Shown here: piece by piece, positions 14,191 to 29,759 of the stretch
Layout: each line of letters opens with the position of its first letter
Numbering within the stretch: the stretch's first letter is position 1
Assembly: GCA_030141605.1 (NCBI GenBank)
Contig: JAQGDQ010000192.1
Location: forward strand, 186,001-250,000
Length of the DNA: 64,000 nt
Reading direction: 5' to 3'
Origin: Tubiluchus corallicola
Lineage: Eukaryota; Animalia; Priapulida
The notes under the pieces: model-generated
Seen by the model: the letters and a program-made list of their open reading frames with translations, nothing else
What the model was told of the DNA's origin: nothing
The model's database searches: none
Translations under genes and position numbers: made by a program

Positions 14191-17100
14191 TTCAAACCAA
14201 AGCCATTACCACCACCGTCAACCACTAAAATTTTCAATTGCTATAACGTCGCTACCCGTGTCACTAATATCGTCTTATCGTCACTTCCATCGCCATCGGT
14301 GTAGTGTTTTTACCTTCTTGTGACCACTTTTTTACAAACTGTTTTTATAATTACGTTTGAAACATTGAATTCCAAAGTCAAAGTTAAAATCGTAGTATTG
14401 CATTTTATACCTATATATTCCTATTGATGGTGGCACTACGAGTTGTACCAAAGCGTTTTTTTCAAAACTCTAATAAAATAAAAGGTGCTGCTATTAGCGA
14501 ACTTCTTTGCTACTGCTATCTCTTCAGAATAACGAAAATAATTACATTATCACAGGTGTGATTGACTCGGAGTGTTAACATCACATTGAGTATTGTATAC
14601 TAGTCAATAAATTGAAAGTGTGCATAGTCTCTGTCAGTATGTTCCTTGTCGTTATTTTCATTTCTTACTAACCTAATGTGCGATTAATTTTCTTATTACG
14701 AAACATTCGTAATTTGCTCATTTTTTATTAAAAAACGGAAATCATTTTGTTGATTGCCTTCTAGAAGTGAAGTTTAGTTGTTGCAGTAATGAAAGCAGTC
14801 AACAAGAAATTTTCACACGGTTACTTCAGATAATTACTTGCCTAAAATTAGCATTTACTCAGTGGAAATTTATTCGTGCTTGCGAGCCGTGCAAATAATG
14901 CGCTTAAGCTGTGTTCACATGTACGCTTGAGTTCTGTTCACATGTCCGATTATGAAGCGGATCGCGAGGAATAAGAGCAAGTTAGGTTTTCCGCAGAAGT
15001 TACCACGTTGCATTGATCGTACGAACTGACTGTCTGATTGACTGACTCGCCGGTTGACTCAATCACTGACTGACGGGGATGTGGTGATGGGGAAAGTGGG
15101 TGGACAAATGAACAAGGCGGTGGAGCGTATGCATGCTCAATCAAATGGATAAAAGATTGAAAGATAAGAAAGAAAAGAAAGAGAAAGAGGAACAAATAAA
15201 CAACAAAAAAGTAAAACAAAACGGACGAATAAATGAATAAGTTAAAAAACTCCATTGTAAATTAAGTATTTCTCTAATTTAAGACTAGCCTTTAAAAGAT
15301 AAGCAAATATATCAGCTTCCACGCACAGCAATTGCAAATAAAAATTCTTTAATTATTACTTTCTTTTTTTCATTTTCTCTCGTTTTCATTTCATTTTGTG
15401 ATTTCATAACAACGCAGAACAAGATTTGTAATAAAGTGTTAGGCTTATGTTGACTTTATCATTAGGTATGTGCTAATTAACAATTTTGCAGACGAACTTT
15501 TTATCGTTGCGAGAATGTAATAAGACTGACTCTACAGAGACTAAGATGAACATAATGTAGGGTGTGGTATACATTTCGACTTCCGCCGAGTCAACTCTGT
15601 TGTGATGTTTTGGGTTTAAGATAACCGTACTGATCATCAGTTGACGTGTAGTCGGCCCAGTGTACGATTTTCACATCGTTGGCAAATAAAACTTATAAAC
15701 TACATTCATTGGTGAAATCAGCGAGGTCATAAAGCGGACTTCTATTTTTTTTTTGTTTCCATGAAAACTAACGTTTTCATCATTGCATATAAGCGTTAAG
15801 TTAAATAGAGTCCACTCAATTAAATCTGTAGGAAGAAAACTTGAAAATTAATGCTAGTATGATAGCCACTGTGACAGGTATGCTTGTTATGAAAAACAAG
15901 CTTACCATATTAAAAATGTGAAAACATATCCTGTTCTAAATTTAAAGTGCCACTATACTGCACATTTCCGACAGCTTTTCCAGAACTTATGGCTAAAAAG
16001 CAGAATAGTTCTTTATTAAAGTTTAAAAGGAAAGTTGAAAATGTTATGTATAACTAAATTAGTAGCAGGTTAATGGTACTCTTAAATTTTTTTATTGTTT
16101 ACTCATGAGAAAGGTAAGCGGCTATTAAAGCAAATGTTTACAACTCTGGTAGCTTTGAGCACTGCCAAGTTTTTACAACAATAACAGTAACACTAAGAAA
16201 ACTCGTTCTGATAAACTATTCCAGTAAAACAAAAGTATGCTGACAGTCACTACAGATTTTTCGTATTGTTTAATCTTTTGCGTTATATGTTAGTAATGAT
16301 TACGTCATTGTTTATTTTTGCGAGCTAACAGATGTTGCAGTTGGGTGTGGATACATTCAACATTGACAAAACGCACGGAGAAAATTTGATTTGCAAACAA
16401 ACCAAATCAGAAATAAAAACAAGGCACAGTAGAGAAACGCCAGAAAAACCACATTTTAATTAAACGAAATTACGAAAAACCGAACATGAAACACAACAGA
16501 AAATAAGTAAATGAATTGAACATAGCAGAAGAATCTTGATTATCAACAATGAGATAAGTAATAAAAATCATATTGTAAAAAACTGAAAAGAAACACAACA
16601 ACTTTCAGACAACATTATTATTACGTAAAACAATTGTTAGCGCAACACGTTGGAAAACGAAAATTCTACTAATCTAGTTGGACCACTACTAAGCTAAGGA
16701 TCAAAAACATTAGAGTCTTGTTTAAGGCGTAGTTCCAAAAAGAGATACACAACAGCATCAGAATAAAATGAGTGCTATTATGAGACAAATACGTTATTTA
16801 ATACATGATTAAAAAGGAATTGCCTTTCTAAAACTCAATACAGATTTTTTTATTGGCAGAAGTATTCACTCTAATGTGCCTCACAAGGCCGTTTACATGT
16901 AACTACGTCTACACGGTTTTCGTGGGCGTTTGTCAGAGCAGAGAACTAGCCGCATCAGCTTAAAATACACACCATGTGCCAAAACCAATATGTACGTAAA
17001 GATGTGCAAGTAAGACGGAAAATAAAGTGGTAGGTAAAATATCACTGATTTGACGAGTAACTAATAATAAAACAATTCGATAATTAGATAGAAATAGTAA

Positions 17101-18342
17101 AGACTATCTAGTTTATTCAGTTTACCAGTGTAAAAGGTTGAACAAAGAAAGTAAAAATTAAGTAATTTGTTACTTATCACAATTGTATATTAGTTAGCGC
17201 TCTTTTACTTGCAAACTTGTATATACTGATTTTAACGCTTTTTCCGTATTTTCAGCTGATGAGGCACGTTATATATGTTAATAATAATATTCTTCATTGT
17301 AATTAATGTACACAAACTGTACTGTACAAAATACATATAAATATAATTTTTGTGTACAAACAATCAGAGGACTGATGAAAGTAATAGTGTCTACTAAATC
17401 TACTTTAAAATCTACAATCCTTAATTAATTTCTAATTAATTTTCACACTCACAAAATTCTAACATTGCAAAGCAAAACAAAAAATCACATTTATACACAC
17501 AAACAAAAAACAATGTAACATCTACAAATTTTTGAACTGCACAACAATTAAAACAATAAAAATTAACGCAAAGGAACTTAAACAATAGTAATTGATTGCA
17601 GATTTATAAAATCCATTACTGCTTTAATTTACTAAACAATACAAACGCAAACTTTACACATCGTTACAACTTTGACTAAATTGCTGTTATAATAATAATA
17701 TGCCACGTCATAATCATTATACGTTTACCACTATGACATTACGAAATCATTATTGATTCTGCATATTATATTATCCCTTTTATTTGACGGTTTTCTGTAG
17801 TTTCTTAACAGAGCAATACGGCGAAAGCTCCTGATATTAAAAAGATCGAACTGCTCTGACAAACGGTCACAAAAATCACATAGATTGGTTCAAATTTCTC
17901 GTTTCGATCCTTTATTCTTAGGCCCATCTTCAGAAAACAGCCAGGCAAAAAATAAAATGCAGATTTATATATAACACGCCAATACAAACATATAATAACG
18001 CTTTAGTATTAACCAAAATTTAATATTTCTAAAGCTTTTTTTGTTTTGATTAGTAGTAAAGCGATTATTATCTCTTGGTATTGGCATTTTGTATATATGT
18101 GTGTGTGGGGGGGGGGGAGGGGGTAGGGGTGCGTGTGCGTGTGTGTGTGGGTGGGTGGGTGTATGTGGGTGTGAGTGTGGGTGTGAGTGTGCGTGTGTGT
18201 GTGCGTTTATATATAATATATAATATATAAAAATAAAATATATATATGAAAGTAAGTAAAAATAGCACAGGTAAAAATGGCACACTTAGTAATACTTGTG
18301 CTTAGGGTTAGGGTTATAGTTGGGTATAATTATTTTAGTAAT

Positions 18343-18550
18343 TTTACCTCTGCCAAGGAAATTATGCTTCAATACAGTTTGTTCATCCGTTTGGTTGTTT
18401 TTTGTCTGTTATGGCAGCAAGCTTATTACGCAAAAACTATCTAACAGATTTCAAAGAAACTTTGTAAAGAAAGGTTGGTTTGGAGTGCCAAAATGGAAAT
18501 CTTTACGTCAGTTCTTTTTTTTCGGTTCCATTTCGAGAAAATTTCGCTTG
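18343..18550 (+). mobile_element. Helentron-associated non-autonomous element (HINE/DINE-like) 5' part
   Basis: TTTTACCTCTGCCAAGGAAATTATG..TTTGTCTGTT..ATTACGCAAAAACTA..GATTTCAAAGAAACTTTG resembles the widespread TTACCTCCGCCAAGGAGGTTATG head. Confidence 0.6.
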
Positions 18551-19118
18551 TAAATTTCTGTATCGTTGCTTATTAATGTATTTAGCCCTATAAGGTGACT
18601 TGGTACGTATATACTTGTCAGCCTATTTTCACCGCCAAAAATAATAGTGAAAAAGATTGATAAACACTATTTGGAAAATTCGTGCATTATTGATTATAAA
18701 TTCATTTAATGAACAAATATCTTGTGAGTCTTTTGCTAGTCTAGCTGTTTGTTTAGTTAGATATTACGTCATTTGTTATAAATTACTGCGCACATTACGA
18801 TATAACATTCTTTTGTTTGAAAACAAATGCGCGCGCTGTATCAAAATAATCAATCCGAACAAAAGTTCACTAAGACAAAACGAGTGTTTTTAACTGAAAA
18901 ATCCAAGTTTGTGATACTCATTAGTACTTTAAAGGTTCACGGCTCAATGGATTTCCAAATTCCTCGTTCTTACTATGGTTTTAAACTCATCTGAGGACGA
19001 GTATAGGAAATATTGCAGAAACGAACATTTTGAACATTGCAATGTGTATTCTAATTATTTTTGTGAGTGTACATTACTAAAATTGCACATCACAAGATCT
19101 GCGACACATTTCAGTGAT

Positions 19119-19120
<2 letters not shown>

Positions 19121-19197
<77 letters not shown>

Positions 19198-19232
19198 TAA
19201 TAATAATAGTAATAATAATAATAATAATAATA
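19121..19232. repeat. (AAT)n microsatellite
   Basis: Directly visible. Confidence 0.97.
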
Positions 19233-20090
19233 AAATTCTCTATTGTTGTTAAAATTACACATCGATGAACTGTAAACTACATTCAAAGATTGATAATGTA
19301 ATCAGTGTTTCCACTGCTGTGAGTAATAGTGTTAAAAATGAATTAAAAATAAAAACACAAGTGAGGTTGTAATTAATTACATTAAAACTTAAGATTCATT
19401 TAAGACTTTAAAACTTTGCAATATTTACTTCATTTCTATATTCCTTTTCCTTAGTCTATGTTTCTATATTATTCTATACTTTTCTATATTCCTTTACAAC
19501 CAAGAAACCTAAAATTGAGCGTTTTAGAGAGTTTTATCAACTTTTTCAAGGATAAACTTCAAGGAAAATAACTTTCTTTTTCAGAATAAACTGCATTAGT
19601 AGTCGTCAGATTTTATTCAAAGTTGAATTTGTTTATAAACAATGGCTTACTTTCTACTCACCTATGATATTGCGTTCAACTGACAAGAGCAGACAGCTAG
19701 TTTTAGACGAAACTGGAACTGGTCAGCACTGTTAACACTGTTAATTTATTTAATAGCCACCACTTGCGTAATTAGGCGTGCTTGATAATATGCCAACGAA
19801 AAATTTTTCACGGCACCTCTTTCTCTCGACACAGTCCCTTATTTTTCTCCTTAATTCGTATTTCTGGTCTCAATCGTGTGGGAAGATGTAAACCGTCCGT
19901 CAATTTTCGGCATGCGCTTATGTCAGCGTGCACGCATGCGCACAGCACTCATATGCTTCAATAATTAACTTTCCACCTAAGATCAGCGTGTTCGATAACG
20001 TAACACACTTTTCGGACGTCATAATTAGAACTGAATTGATCAAAAATAAACAAAGACAGAGAGGGAGAATGGGAGAGAGGATTCGACTAA

Positions 20091-20093
<3 letters not shown>

Positions 20094-20159
<66 letters not shown>

Positions 20160-20166
20160 TGAGAGA
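20094..20166. repeat. (GA)n microsatellite
   Basis: Directly visible. Confidence 0.96.
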
Positions 20167-23100
20167 AACACAACTGTAGAAAGAGAGAAAAAGGTTGAAT
20201 AAAGACAAAAGAGGAAACCAAAAAAGAGATATAGAGAAGCATTAAGTGGTACACATCTGAATATGTTTTACATTTTTCCTACACACGTATTTGAAATTAT
20301 CAATTATTCCTGAGAACCGTCAGTACGTATCCATTTTACGAACTCTCGAGGCAAGTACCTATTGCAACGGTGAAGCTGCATAAAGGTTTGTGCTAATGAC
20401 AAAAATAACGTGTCATTGAATCTCTTTGGTGATGCGATAGGTGACTTTTGTTTTCTCACAAAGCTTACAGTATGTGTCTGAGCAACTGTAGACAACTTGA
20501 TTGTTGTTTTCATGCACCAAAACAAAGCAATTTTTCAGTGCAGTCCAATTTAGCCTCTCCACATTTAGCCTCTCTAAAAACAAGCTATGAATTTTTGTAA
20601 ATTTATAAACTACGCATAGCTTTTTTCAAAGTAACTTTCTTCTTTCAGGACTATCAGTCAAAACTCGTCGATGGAAATTAGTTTAGCTCGCGAAACGTTG
20701 TAAAATATTGCCATGCACACACGTTACTAGTGAAAAAGCGCATTCCACCTGAAAATACACTCATAAGGTCGTCCAAGGTTATTTTAATATAAACGCCAAA
20801 GTTACTCGGGTTGTGTTAGGAAGTAACTCGGCTAGAAAAGCATTTACACGTACTATTATTTATCAACAACCTATGCAGTATCAGAGATTCTAAATAAACG
20901 AGTTTTCAAGATTGGCGGATCTTTTAATGCAGGTATGCATTAAGTATTTGTTTTTAGCTGTCTCAGTCTCGAGTGTCTCTTTGTGAAATTTATGCTGATA
21001 TTGATGAGTTGATTTTTTTGAGTCAGTATTAAATAAAGTATTAAATACCGCTATTCCATTTCTAGGCCCAAGCAGTGAACCTGTTGTAAAAACAGTTATG
21101 GTAAAAAGAACTGTCGTGAAACGTATATATAAAAGCATTATGATGCATTTTTATATCATACTTCTTCTGTTTGAATCGCATTTAATCTATTTTTATGACA
21201 TTTGTGAGTATTGAATTCGGTCAATTTACGTCGCACTATTGAGAAATTACGAAATGAGAAATGTTTTAATAAGGATTTATTTTCAAGATTATAGCTTTAT
21301 AAACAATAAAGGCTGAGAACACACACAGGTGGCTCGAGATTATTTGTTTACTAATAGCAAGTTTATCGAAGCATTTATAACATTCAAGAACTTTGTTAGA
21401 CAGCGTTCATTTAGATATTACCATTCATTACTTTTCAAAAAGCGTTTGCATGTAGGCAGCACGTGTAATAACTTGATTTATTTGTGAGGGCATATTGAAA
21501 ATCGATATTCAAATAGTTGTTGAACGTAAAATATTACCTAAACATCTGTGAAACGTGTTTTGAACTGTGGTGTACAATTATGGATAACTACGAGTATATG
21601 CATAGCACTTTCAGCCTCTAATATGTGACAAAGATTTTAGGCCTCGTGACACACCACTGTACGATGTGCGCTATACAGTACACTTGGCCCACAGTTTGCA
21701 CTTATTAAAATACAACAAATTCGCGATAACAAATTATCGATTAGTTAAAATTAGCTACCAATAAATGCTCCTAATAATTCAATCATATATTGGTTTTGGT
21801 ATGCTTTTGTCAGTTCCTTGTGTCCTGATGTTCTCTGCACGTTCTGATTAGCGATTGGCAAGCCTTGATTATGTAGTCACTTGAAAGGTGCGATGTATAA
21901 AACTGAGTATGTCAGGTCGCATGGGTCTCAAATCTCCATATACTTGACCTCATCACACCAACAACTTAAATTCGTACATTTGCGCCGCTATTGTGGGGGC
22001 AATATCCTTCAGAATCAGACATTTTAGGTATATAATTCTTAATTTACTAAACGGAAAACTGGAAATCTTTTCAGTTTTGTGTGTTAGAAATGCGTGTTTT
22101 TGTGTGTTAACCACGGTAACACTAAGATTACGAGACAATGCTGTGGTTCAAATGGCTTAGAGCAGTTTTTAAATTTAATTCTAGTAAATTTAAGTAGAGT
22201 TTATTTATGATACACGATTGGGAAGCTGACTTGGATTGGTATAATGATTATTCACAAATATGGACTTCTGAGCTCCTGCAAATCAGTTTCCAGATGAGGG
22301 TAGTGGAGTACGTAGTCTACGTCCGTGGTCTACTAATTAGTGATTTAATCAACGCCTTTAACACTCAGAAATTTTATAAACATGATTTTGCGTTTATATG
22401 CGAAATGATTACGATTTTGCGAGGTTTATTTCAGTCGATAGGTAGGCCCTACATAAGACGTTCATTCAGTTTGGGAGTCAAGTGCATCATTTTCATGATA
22501 AAAAGAAAAATGGCAGACATTCTGGAGATGTAGTAAGTAGTAGGTTCTGGCGTTCGTTTAGCTAGCATAAGACCTGGCTTAGAAATCATGCTGTTATGTG
22601 AACGTTCAAATATACTGCAATAATGATTTTAACGACTAATCTGTTTGTACGTCTGTTCATCTGTCTGTCTGACTGTGTGTTTGTTTGTTTGTTTTTGTAT
22701 TCAGTGATTCCCGTTTTTATGTTTTTGCCTAAAATACTAAAAAAACTGCGTGTTTAAATCTTTAACTAGCTGATAGCGTCTCATTTTTATCACTGCTATT
22801 ACAATTGTTGTACCTCGTTTGCTTTCGGAGAGACCTTTGGACACTAATAACATTGCAACGTGCTGACAACGTTGGACAACGTACAGAATTCCATATTCGG
22901 CTATATATATATTATATGTATGCATGACATTACCCAGGCAATTTACGAAGAGTGACGCTTTCGATTTCATTATTGGCAAATATATAAATGCTATGGCGCA
23001 ATAAGTCATCCGTAATTCAATAACTGATGCAATTACTGCTATTCTAACAATAGTGGTAATCTTATAATTTGCGATACATGCACATTACAGGACAAATGAC

Positions 23101-25484
23101 ATAGCTGTGCCACATTATTGACATTTTGGGAATGTGTTAAAGTGCTACAAGTATGAGGCTCAGTGAGAAGAATGATAACCACGTGATTTGTGCTTTACTA
23201 CGTGGTTAAACTGAAATTAGGACTACTAGACATTATAGGCAGTAACAAGAGTTGTGTGGCGAGGGTAGTGCAACTATAAACTGCTTATAACACATGTAAA
23301 CAAACTTTGTGTAGTTAATGTAGCTGTTGTAGCTATAGCAGCAGTATACCTAAGCACTTTTTAATGTATCTTAGCCTAAACTAATAAAAACTCACGGTTA
23401 GGTTGGTCAGGAAAATGGATAGATTATTGCTAAATATACGTTGTAGATAGAATCCATAGAAGCAGAATACTAGGTAGATCTAATAATAAGAGTTAAGACA
23501 TGACCAATGTGTACTGGATTCTACAAGGTTGCCTCAAATCTGGCAACGTAGCTATCAGGGAGATAGCAACCGAGCTTGTACTGTTGTCGCAACTACTCAC
23601 ATGCGGTTGCCCGCGTGATAATGATAAATTTATTTTAAAACAGAAACATAAAAAATAAAGCCGACACAGAGTATATTTGATTTTAAATTTGCTGGAAATA
23701 ATAGTCATAAATATTTTGAAACGAACAGTCAGTCTTTACATCTTTAATTCTCTTTGCAAAGTCTTAATGTATGCTAAAATGTTAAAACATGTTGTATTAT
23801 ACTGGCCGTACCATGTATAATCGTTTACACTGGTTATTTTGCATTTAAATAAACTATACAAAATTTTGTTTAAAAATCATTTGTTTTAATCTATTACCAC
23901 ACCAGCATCTTAAATGGTAAAACAAGTGAATGCTTTAAAATATGCAAGTGATTTACCAATTTTAACTAACTGTACCAATTTGAATAGAAGTGAAAGTGCG
24001 ACTAAATCAGTCCAGATATCACCAAATTTGTAAACAACGAACATGGTAAAATAAAACAGTGTTGTTCGCGTGGTTACAAATTTTTATGCAAAATAATATG
24101 GCCTCGAACAGCCTGTCAATGTTTAGCTGTACCTACCCTGAATGTTTAACATGTAAATGAACATGTAAAAATTGTTTTATTGAACATGCATATCAACCAA
24201 AAACTTTCATGACGCCAGCCAAGTCTCCTAGCTGCTAAAAGATCGTGTTTTTTATTACAATTACCTCTAGTTCTGCTCTAAAAACTCCCTACTTTTTACA
24301 CTGCCTAACCAAACATCTGTTTACTCACGTCAGAGTCATTAGCGCCTAATTAGGATAATTTTACAATAAATTTTGACCTGCTGTAACTTTAAAGTAAAAG
24401 GCAATCATAGAGTTGGGCAAATTAGTAATTTTCTCCCGCTCGAAACTGAATAAACTAGCACTCGGGAATTTGAAGCGATAGGTAAGTGTTGGAGAGGGCA
24501 GTGGTTGGTGTAGCTGAAGCATTGGAAAAGAACTAGTTTCAGTCGAGTGTGCTGTCGACTCGCACTATGATGCTTGACTCGTATCATAAATCACATTAGT
24601 TTCAAATTCACATTCAGCTACAAAAGACTTTGGTAAAAATGCAATTGTACACAAAATCCAGTAATGAAATTACTTATTTTTAAGAAACGAGATTGGTATA
24701 ACTCACAAATACTCAGCGTGCATTTGTTCCTCAAGACTTTGCTATGGCGATGATAAACAGCTGAATAGTCATGGTCATGGTGGGTGCTAAGTTAAGCGAT
24801 GCTGGTGCTGAACAGTAAATGGATGATGGACTTACAGGAAAACAGGAACTTTTGCTGGTTAAGTACGTCACCAAAGAGGATTAAACTTCATAATTAGTTG
24901 GGTTCTTGTCCCGCCAAAACTTATCTCTTCAGCACTAAATAGACCTGCCACTGAGCTACAACTGATTGTCTGAGAGTATTATGGAATAGTAGGTAAATAA
25001 TAGCATTAATGTGGTACTTGCTACTGCGAGCAGTCGCGATCATATTCTCACCAAAATTTCCTGTTTTAACAGCGAGACTGTCTCTTGCTTTTTATTACAA
25101 TGCGAACCCTTAAAAAATGGTCCACCCATTTGTCACTAGACGTAATCTTTATTTACCGCATCTACGCTAACCTATTCAACGCTCAGCTAAAGAAGCCTAG
25201 CTCAGCAGTGTTACAATATTGGCTACATTACTCTTAATCATGAATCGACAGCTTCGCAGCCCACGGACTGAAAGCAATCTATCTGAACAAACTAAATGCT
25301 GATAAATAATTTCCTGGGAAATGAACGATAAGACGCCTTTTTTATGAACAGTGTTAATATATGATCATTGTGTAAGTCTGTAGACTGTGGAAGAACTTCC
25401 TAGAGCAATATAGATTAGTTCTAGTAATATTAAGAGTAGTTGGCTGTTGGAAAATGCGTTCCAAACGACTACATGCCTATTACA

Positions 25485-25665
25485 ACTGACAATGTAATAA
25501 ACCATCGATATTGTAATAAACGAAAAAATTAACCCATAATGAAATAATAATCAACGCAAAACTAACCGATAATAACCGATAATGTAACAAAAAACTAGCG
25601 CATAACGTAAGACGACCCAAAACGCATACGTAATAACCCGAAGTTTAACGCATATTGTAACACTA
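25485..25665. repeat. Degenerate tandem repeat of AACC(G/C)ATAATGTAATA-like units
   Basis: Several imperfect copies, e.g. AACCGATAATAACCGATAATGTAAC. Probably the arm of a transposon. Confidence 0.5.
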
Positions 25666-26261
25666 CAAAAATTGATTATGCAATAGATAGCTGAACTAGC
25701 TCTTTTCCAGCTAAAGTCTGAACACATTCATCTAAGCAAATACTGCAACGAATGACTAAATAAAAATACCAGTAATCGATATTCAGTAATATATCTTATT
25801 AGTATGGTGTATTAGTCACGAAGCAGGCTGCTGTAATATTAAGGTAGTAATAAATTAAATTTTATTAATTTCAGTCTACATGTCTACATTAACATTGTTA
25901 AGGTAACAATGTTGCAGAAACGCCCTTTTATGATGATCATATAGGACCTGCATGGTTAAATTGATTAGCAAATGAACATTACCGGGTACCTAGGTTATTA
26001 ATACTTATCTGTCCTACATTACAAATTCGTTTCACATCTCCGCTTTAATTAGCACTGATGATTTTAGGTTTGGTGGTGTTCTACAGTGTGGAACGATAAT
26101 GATGTTGATGATGATGACGCAGATACAGAAGCATTAGCAGCATCGAAAACAATGTCGCAATAGCACCAGTGAGACCAGCGACAATCACAGTGACATAATA
26201 CTCTAAATGCAAACCGCAACAACAGTAAATAAAGAGTAATAAAAACGAGAGCAAGTGCTAT

Positions 26262-26348
<87 letters not shown>

Positions 26349-26362
26349 TCATCATCATTATT

Positions 26363-26409
<47 letters not shown>

Positions 26410-26443
26410 CTGCAGTAAAAGCAGCAACTGCAGCAGCAGCAGC

Positions 26444-26507
<64 letters not shown>

Positions 26508-26590
26508 GCCTCAACAGAAACAGTAACGGCAGCAGCAACAACGACAACGTCAACGACAGTGGCAGCAGCAGCAACAATAACAACAACAAC
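26262..26590. repeat. Compound microsatellite (CAT)n-(CAG)n-(AAC)n
   Basis: Directly visible; source of the poly-H/S/N and poly-L ORFs. Confidence 0.96.
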
Positions 26591-27079
26591 TTTATAAATT
26601 TCTACAATGCATTTAAAATTTAACCTGTCAGACCAGATTTAGAAATAGCCTGAAACGAAATTAAAGAAGTGCGAAATAAAATGTTTTTTCACAGTTCTGA
26701 AACTTTGCTGTACACCTTATAATTGGCAGATGTAAACTTGCTTAATGGATGTTTGTATGCGTAAGTGATTTATCCTAGTCACATTATGAATTCTTAATCA
26801 CTGCTTTGCATGACTGTGTAATCGCTGGTACTCAGCAATCATTAAAAATGACCTACAGCGGCTGCACGTTTTGCGCAACCTGCTGTCTAGAGTTCAATGT
26901 TAATATTCACTAAGTTCAGAAAATTCGTATGCTACTACAATTGCAGTAGGTTTGATAAGTCGCAAGTGAAGACTGTTGGTAAGAGGAACGTTGGAATGTA
27001 CTTCCTTTATAAACTTGCATAAAAATAAACTTCGACATTTCATCTCATATTATGGTATGGTGCGGCATTATGTTTTTAA

Positions 27080-27320
27080 GGCCCATTTCACACAGAAAAC
27101 GTCCGGAAAAATTCCTCGAAGAAAAAATTCTTGTGGCATTGCTCCCAAAAATGGAACACATTGTTTTCTATGGCGTATTTCACACGGCGCTTCATTTTCT
27201 TTGTACTTTGGGGAATTCTGCCGCCAGCTAGAAGCTATGCGTACTTTTCATGAGGAATTATGCCGCTTGATAGAAATGCAGCCTGTTCCGTTTTTGCTTT
27301 TTTTGTGCGGATTCTGCACG
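27080..27320. mobile_element. Truncated Harbinger-type MITE end
   Basis: TAA followed by GGCCCATTTCACAC, with an internal repeat of TTTCACACGG. No matching right TIR found. Confidence 0.4.
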
Positions 27321-29759
27321 TAATTTACATTAAGATTTAATTGTTTTATTGCTTGTTTTTTTGTTTTAGCGAACAAGAATTGACGTATTTTGGTAAAAAT
27401 TATGAGTTTTTGATCTATCTTTTATCAATTATCATATAAATATTTTTTGTTTTATCAAGACAACAGTGATGGTTACATTCGTGGAATACGTATGTGCGTG
27501 AAATAATATATATAATTATTATATACCTATCTTCACAAATTATAAAGTAGTTAACGAGTTAACAAAGTCGTTGCTATAAAATTTGGACTAAATTTAGTGC
27601 AAGTAAATTTGGGTAGGTTTACTAATCTATGGTTGTGCTTAAAATAAATTTATTATCATTTTAGTACCTTACTTGGTGACTATTAACAAATTTAATAGTT
27701 GTTGATGATAAATGTTTATTAGCCTCTTTTTGCAGAGAAAACATTTCTGTACAAACAATTATATAATTTTACATAGACAGGGTGAATTTTACAATGTTAC
27801 GCATCTGTAATTAGCCTTTTAATGGTGCGTATAACATTATTTACAATGATGTTAAACAATGAGTATTAAAGTGAGCGTTTAAACATGAAAGTTTATAAGT
27901 AATAATAATAATAATTAAGAATACTGACATGTCATTTGTCGTTTCCAAAAGTAATAAAACTCAAAAATGGTGGAAATTCGTCCATACACTAACTAGGTCG
28001 ATTATTGTCAGAATAACTGTGATTGCCTGCCATCTCGACTTTTTGACTCGAATCAAGTAGACTGAAATCAACATGCCAAAATCATGGTTATACATGTATA
28101 GCAAAATTTAAGCTAGTTTAAAACGATCGCGTAATTTAGCTATGAGTAAGCAGTTGCTACAGATTGATTGGCAAGTATTGACAAGCCCAGACTTGAACTC
28201 ACAACAAACCAATCAAGTTTTCATAACCGTTTGGCTTTCATTTCAGACAAGTTATAAAATCATGTTCATGGTAAGCAGGTTCTTGATGAAAGAAAGAAGA
28301 GTGACGAACGAAAGAAGAGCTGCGAAAATGCGAAATACAGAAACGCAAAAGGAAAGATGGACAAACGGAAAAAAGAAGCCAAGGAAGGAAAAAAGATAGG
28401 AAGAAAAAGAAGGAAGAGAATAACACAAAGAGAGAAAGATGTAAGAAGAAAGAAAAGAACGAAAGAAAGAAAAACGGACAGAAAGAGACAAACTATGGAA
28501 GAAAAGGGAAAAGAAGAGAACGGCATACAAATAACAGTTTATCAAAATTTCATGTAACAAACATTTCTATACCAAATTCCATGTACCGAATGAAATTATT
28601 TCTGTATCAAACTTACACAAACAGACCCCATAAAAGTGGCGACACCTGATCACAGTAAAAGATTTGTACAATTCTATAAGTATAAGAGGTATTATGCACA
28701 AGCGTTTATAATTTCATAATTGTATAAATATCATCATTCTATATTGCAAAAGCATAGGAACTTTTGAACACATCGACTACATTAATTCGCTCCATTAATA
28801 CAGACATTAAACATTATACAAATTGGCAATCATACATATCTCTGTGTACATTTCGTCCCCATCTGGCTAAAACGGCTTCCGTGTAGGATGAGTAATACTA
28901 TCGGCTGGTTTCCGGAACCTAACCGACACAGAGGCAGGCAGTGCTTACCTATTATTTTCTGGGGACTGCTGTATTATTTCATGACAATGTACAAAGCGTC
29001 ATGTCTACATTGCGATGTTATCATTTCAATATTAAGTTGTCATTATATAATTTTTTATAGTCTGTACAATTTAAAAGATAGTTGCGCTATGTACATAGGC
29101 CTATAATGAGAATCGGGTGAGAATTATTAGCAGGACAAATATTCTGCAAAACGATAATGCACTTTCCTCCTCTTATTATTATGCTGCATTAGATGTCTTC
29201 CTGTATTTTATAAGCTTGATCATGGAGGTCAATTTCCCATGCAATTTGTGCAATGCTGTTAAGGCAGGACACCAAGCATAACTAGTATAATAGAACATAA
29301 ACAAAAACCACAACTAATGTGGGTACTCATTTTAAGCACAATAATAAAAAGGTTGAAATATTACAAGCACTTTCATTTATTATAATTTGAAATTTAATTA
29401 CACGCATGCAAAAGAATAATTTCACTGATAATACGTGGTCTCCTATGTTTAAAACATAAAATGTAAACATAAAATGTTGGAAACATAAAATTTCTTAAAA
29501 TATTTTAACATTTTGTGGCATACAATTACGTTTAGTATATATTCTACTTGGTCTGTTTTATTTAGTTGCGACTTCACCGAAGTCACACACTCTAGCGCAA
29601 GTAGAGAAAATCTCACTAATAAACCTTCTGTTCATTTGGATCGTTTCTCCTTTTTTCATATTTAAACAGGCAAATTGTTTAAATATGCGCAAAATAAGCA
29701 GTTGCTCTTTTTTTTGAAAAGAATTAGGTTCAAAATTTGCCATTTTTCTGGTTTAGACG

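Noticed and set aside
18985-19030. CTGAGGA..GAAAC hammerhead-like core
   Set aside because: No stem I partner or UH site identifiable.
26255-26623. Poly-H/S/N ORF suggestive of a transcription-factor low-complexity region
   Set aside because: Compound microsatellite with no flanking coding sequence or convincing splice sites.
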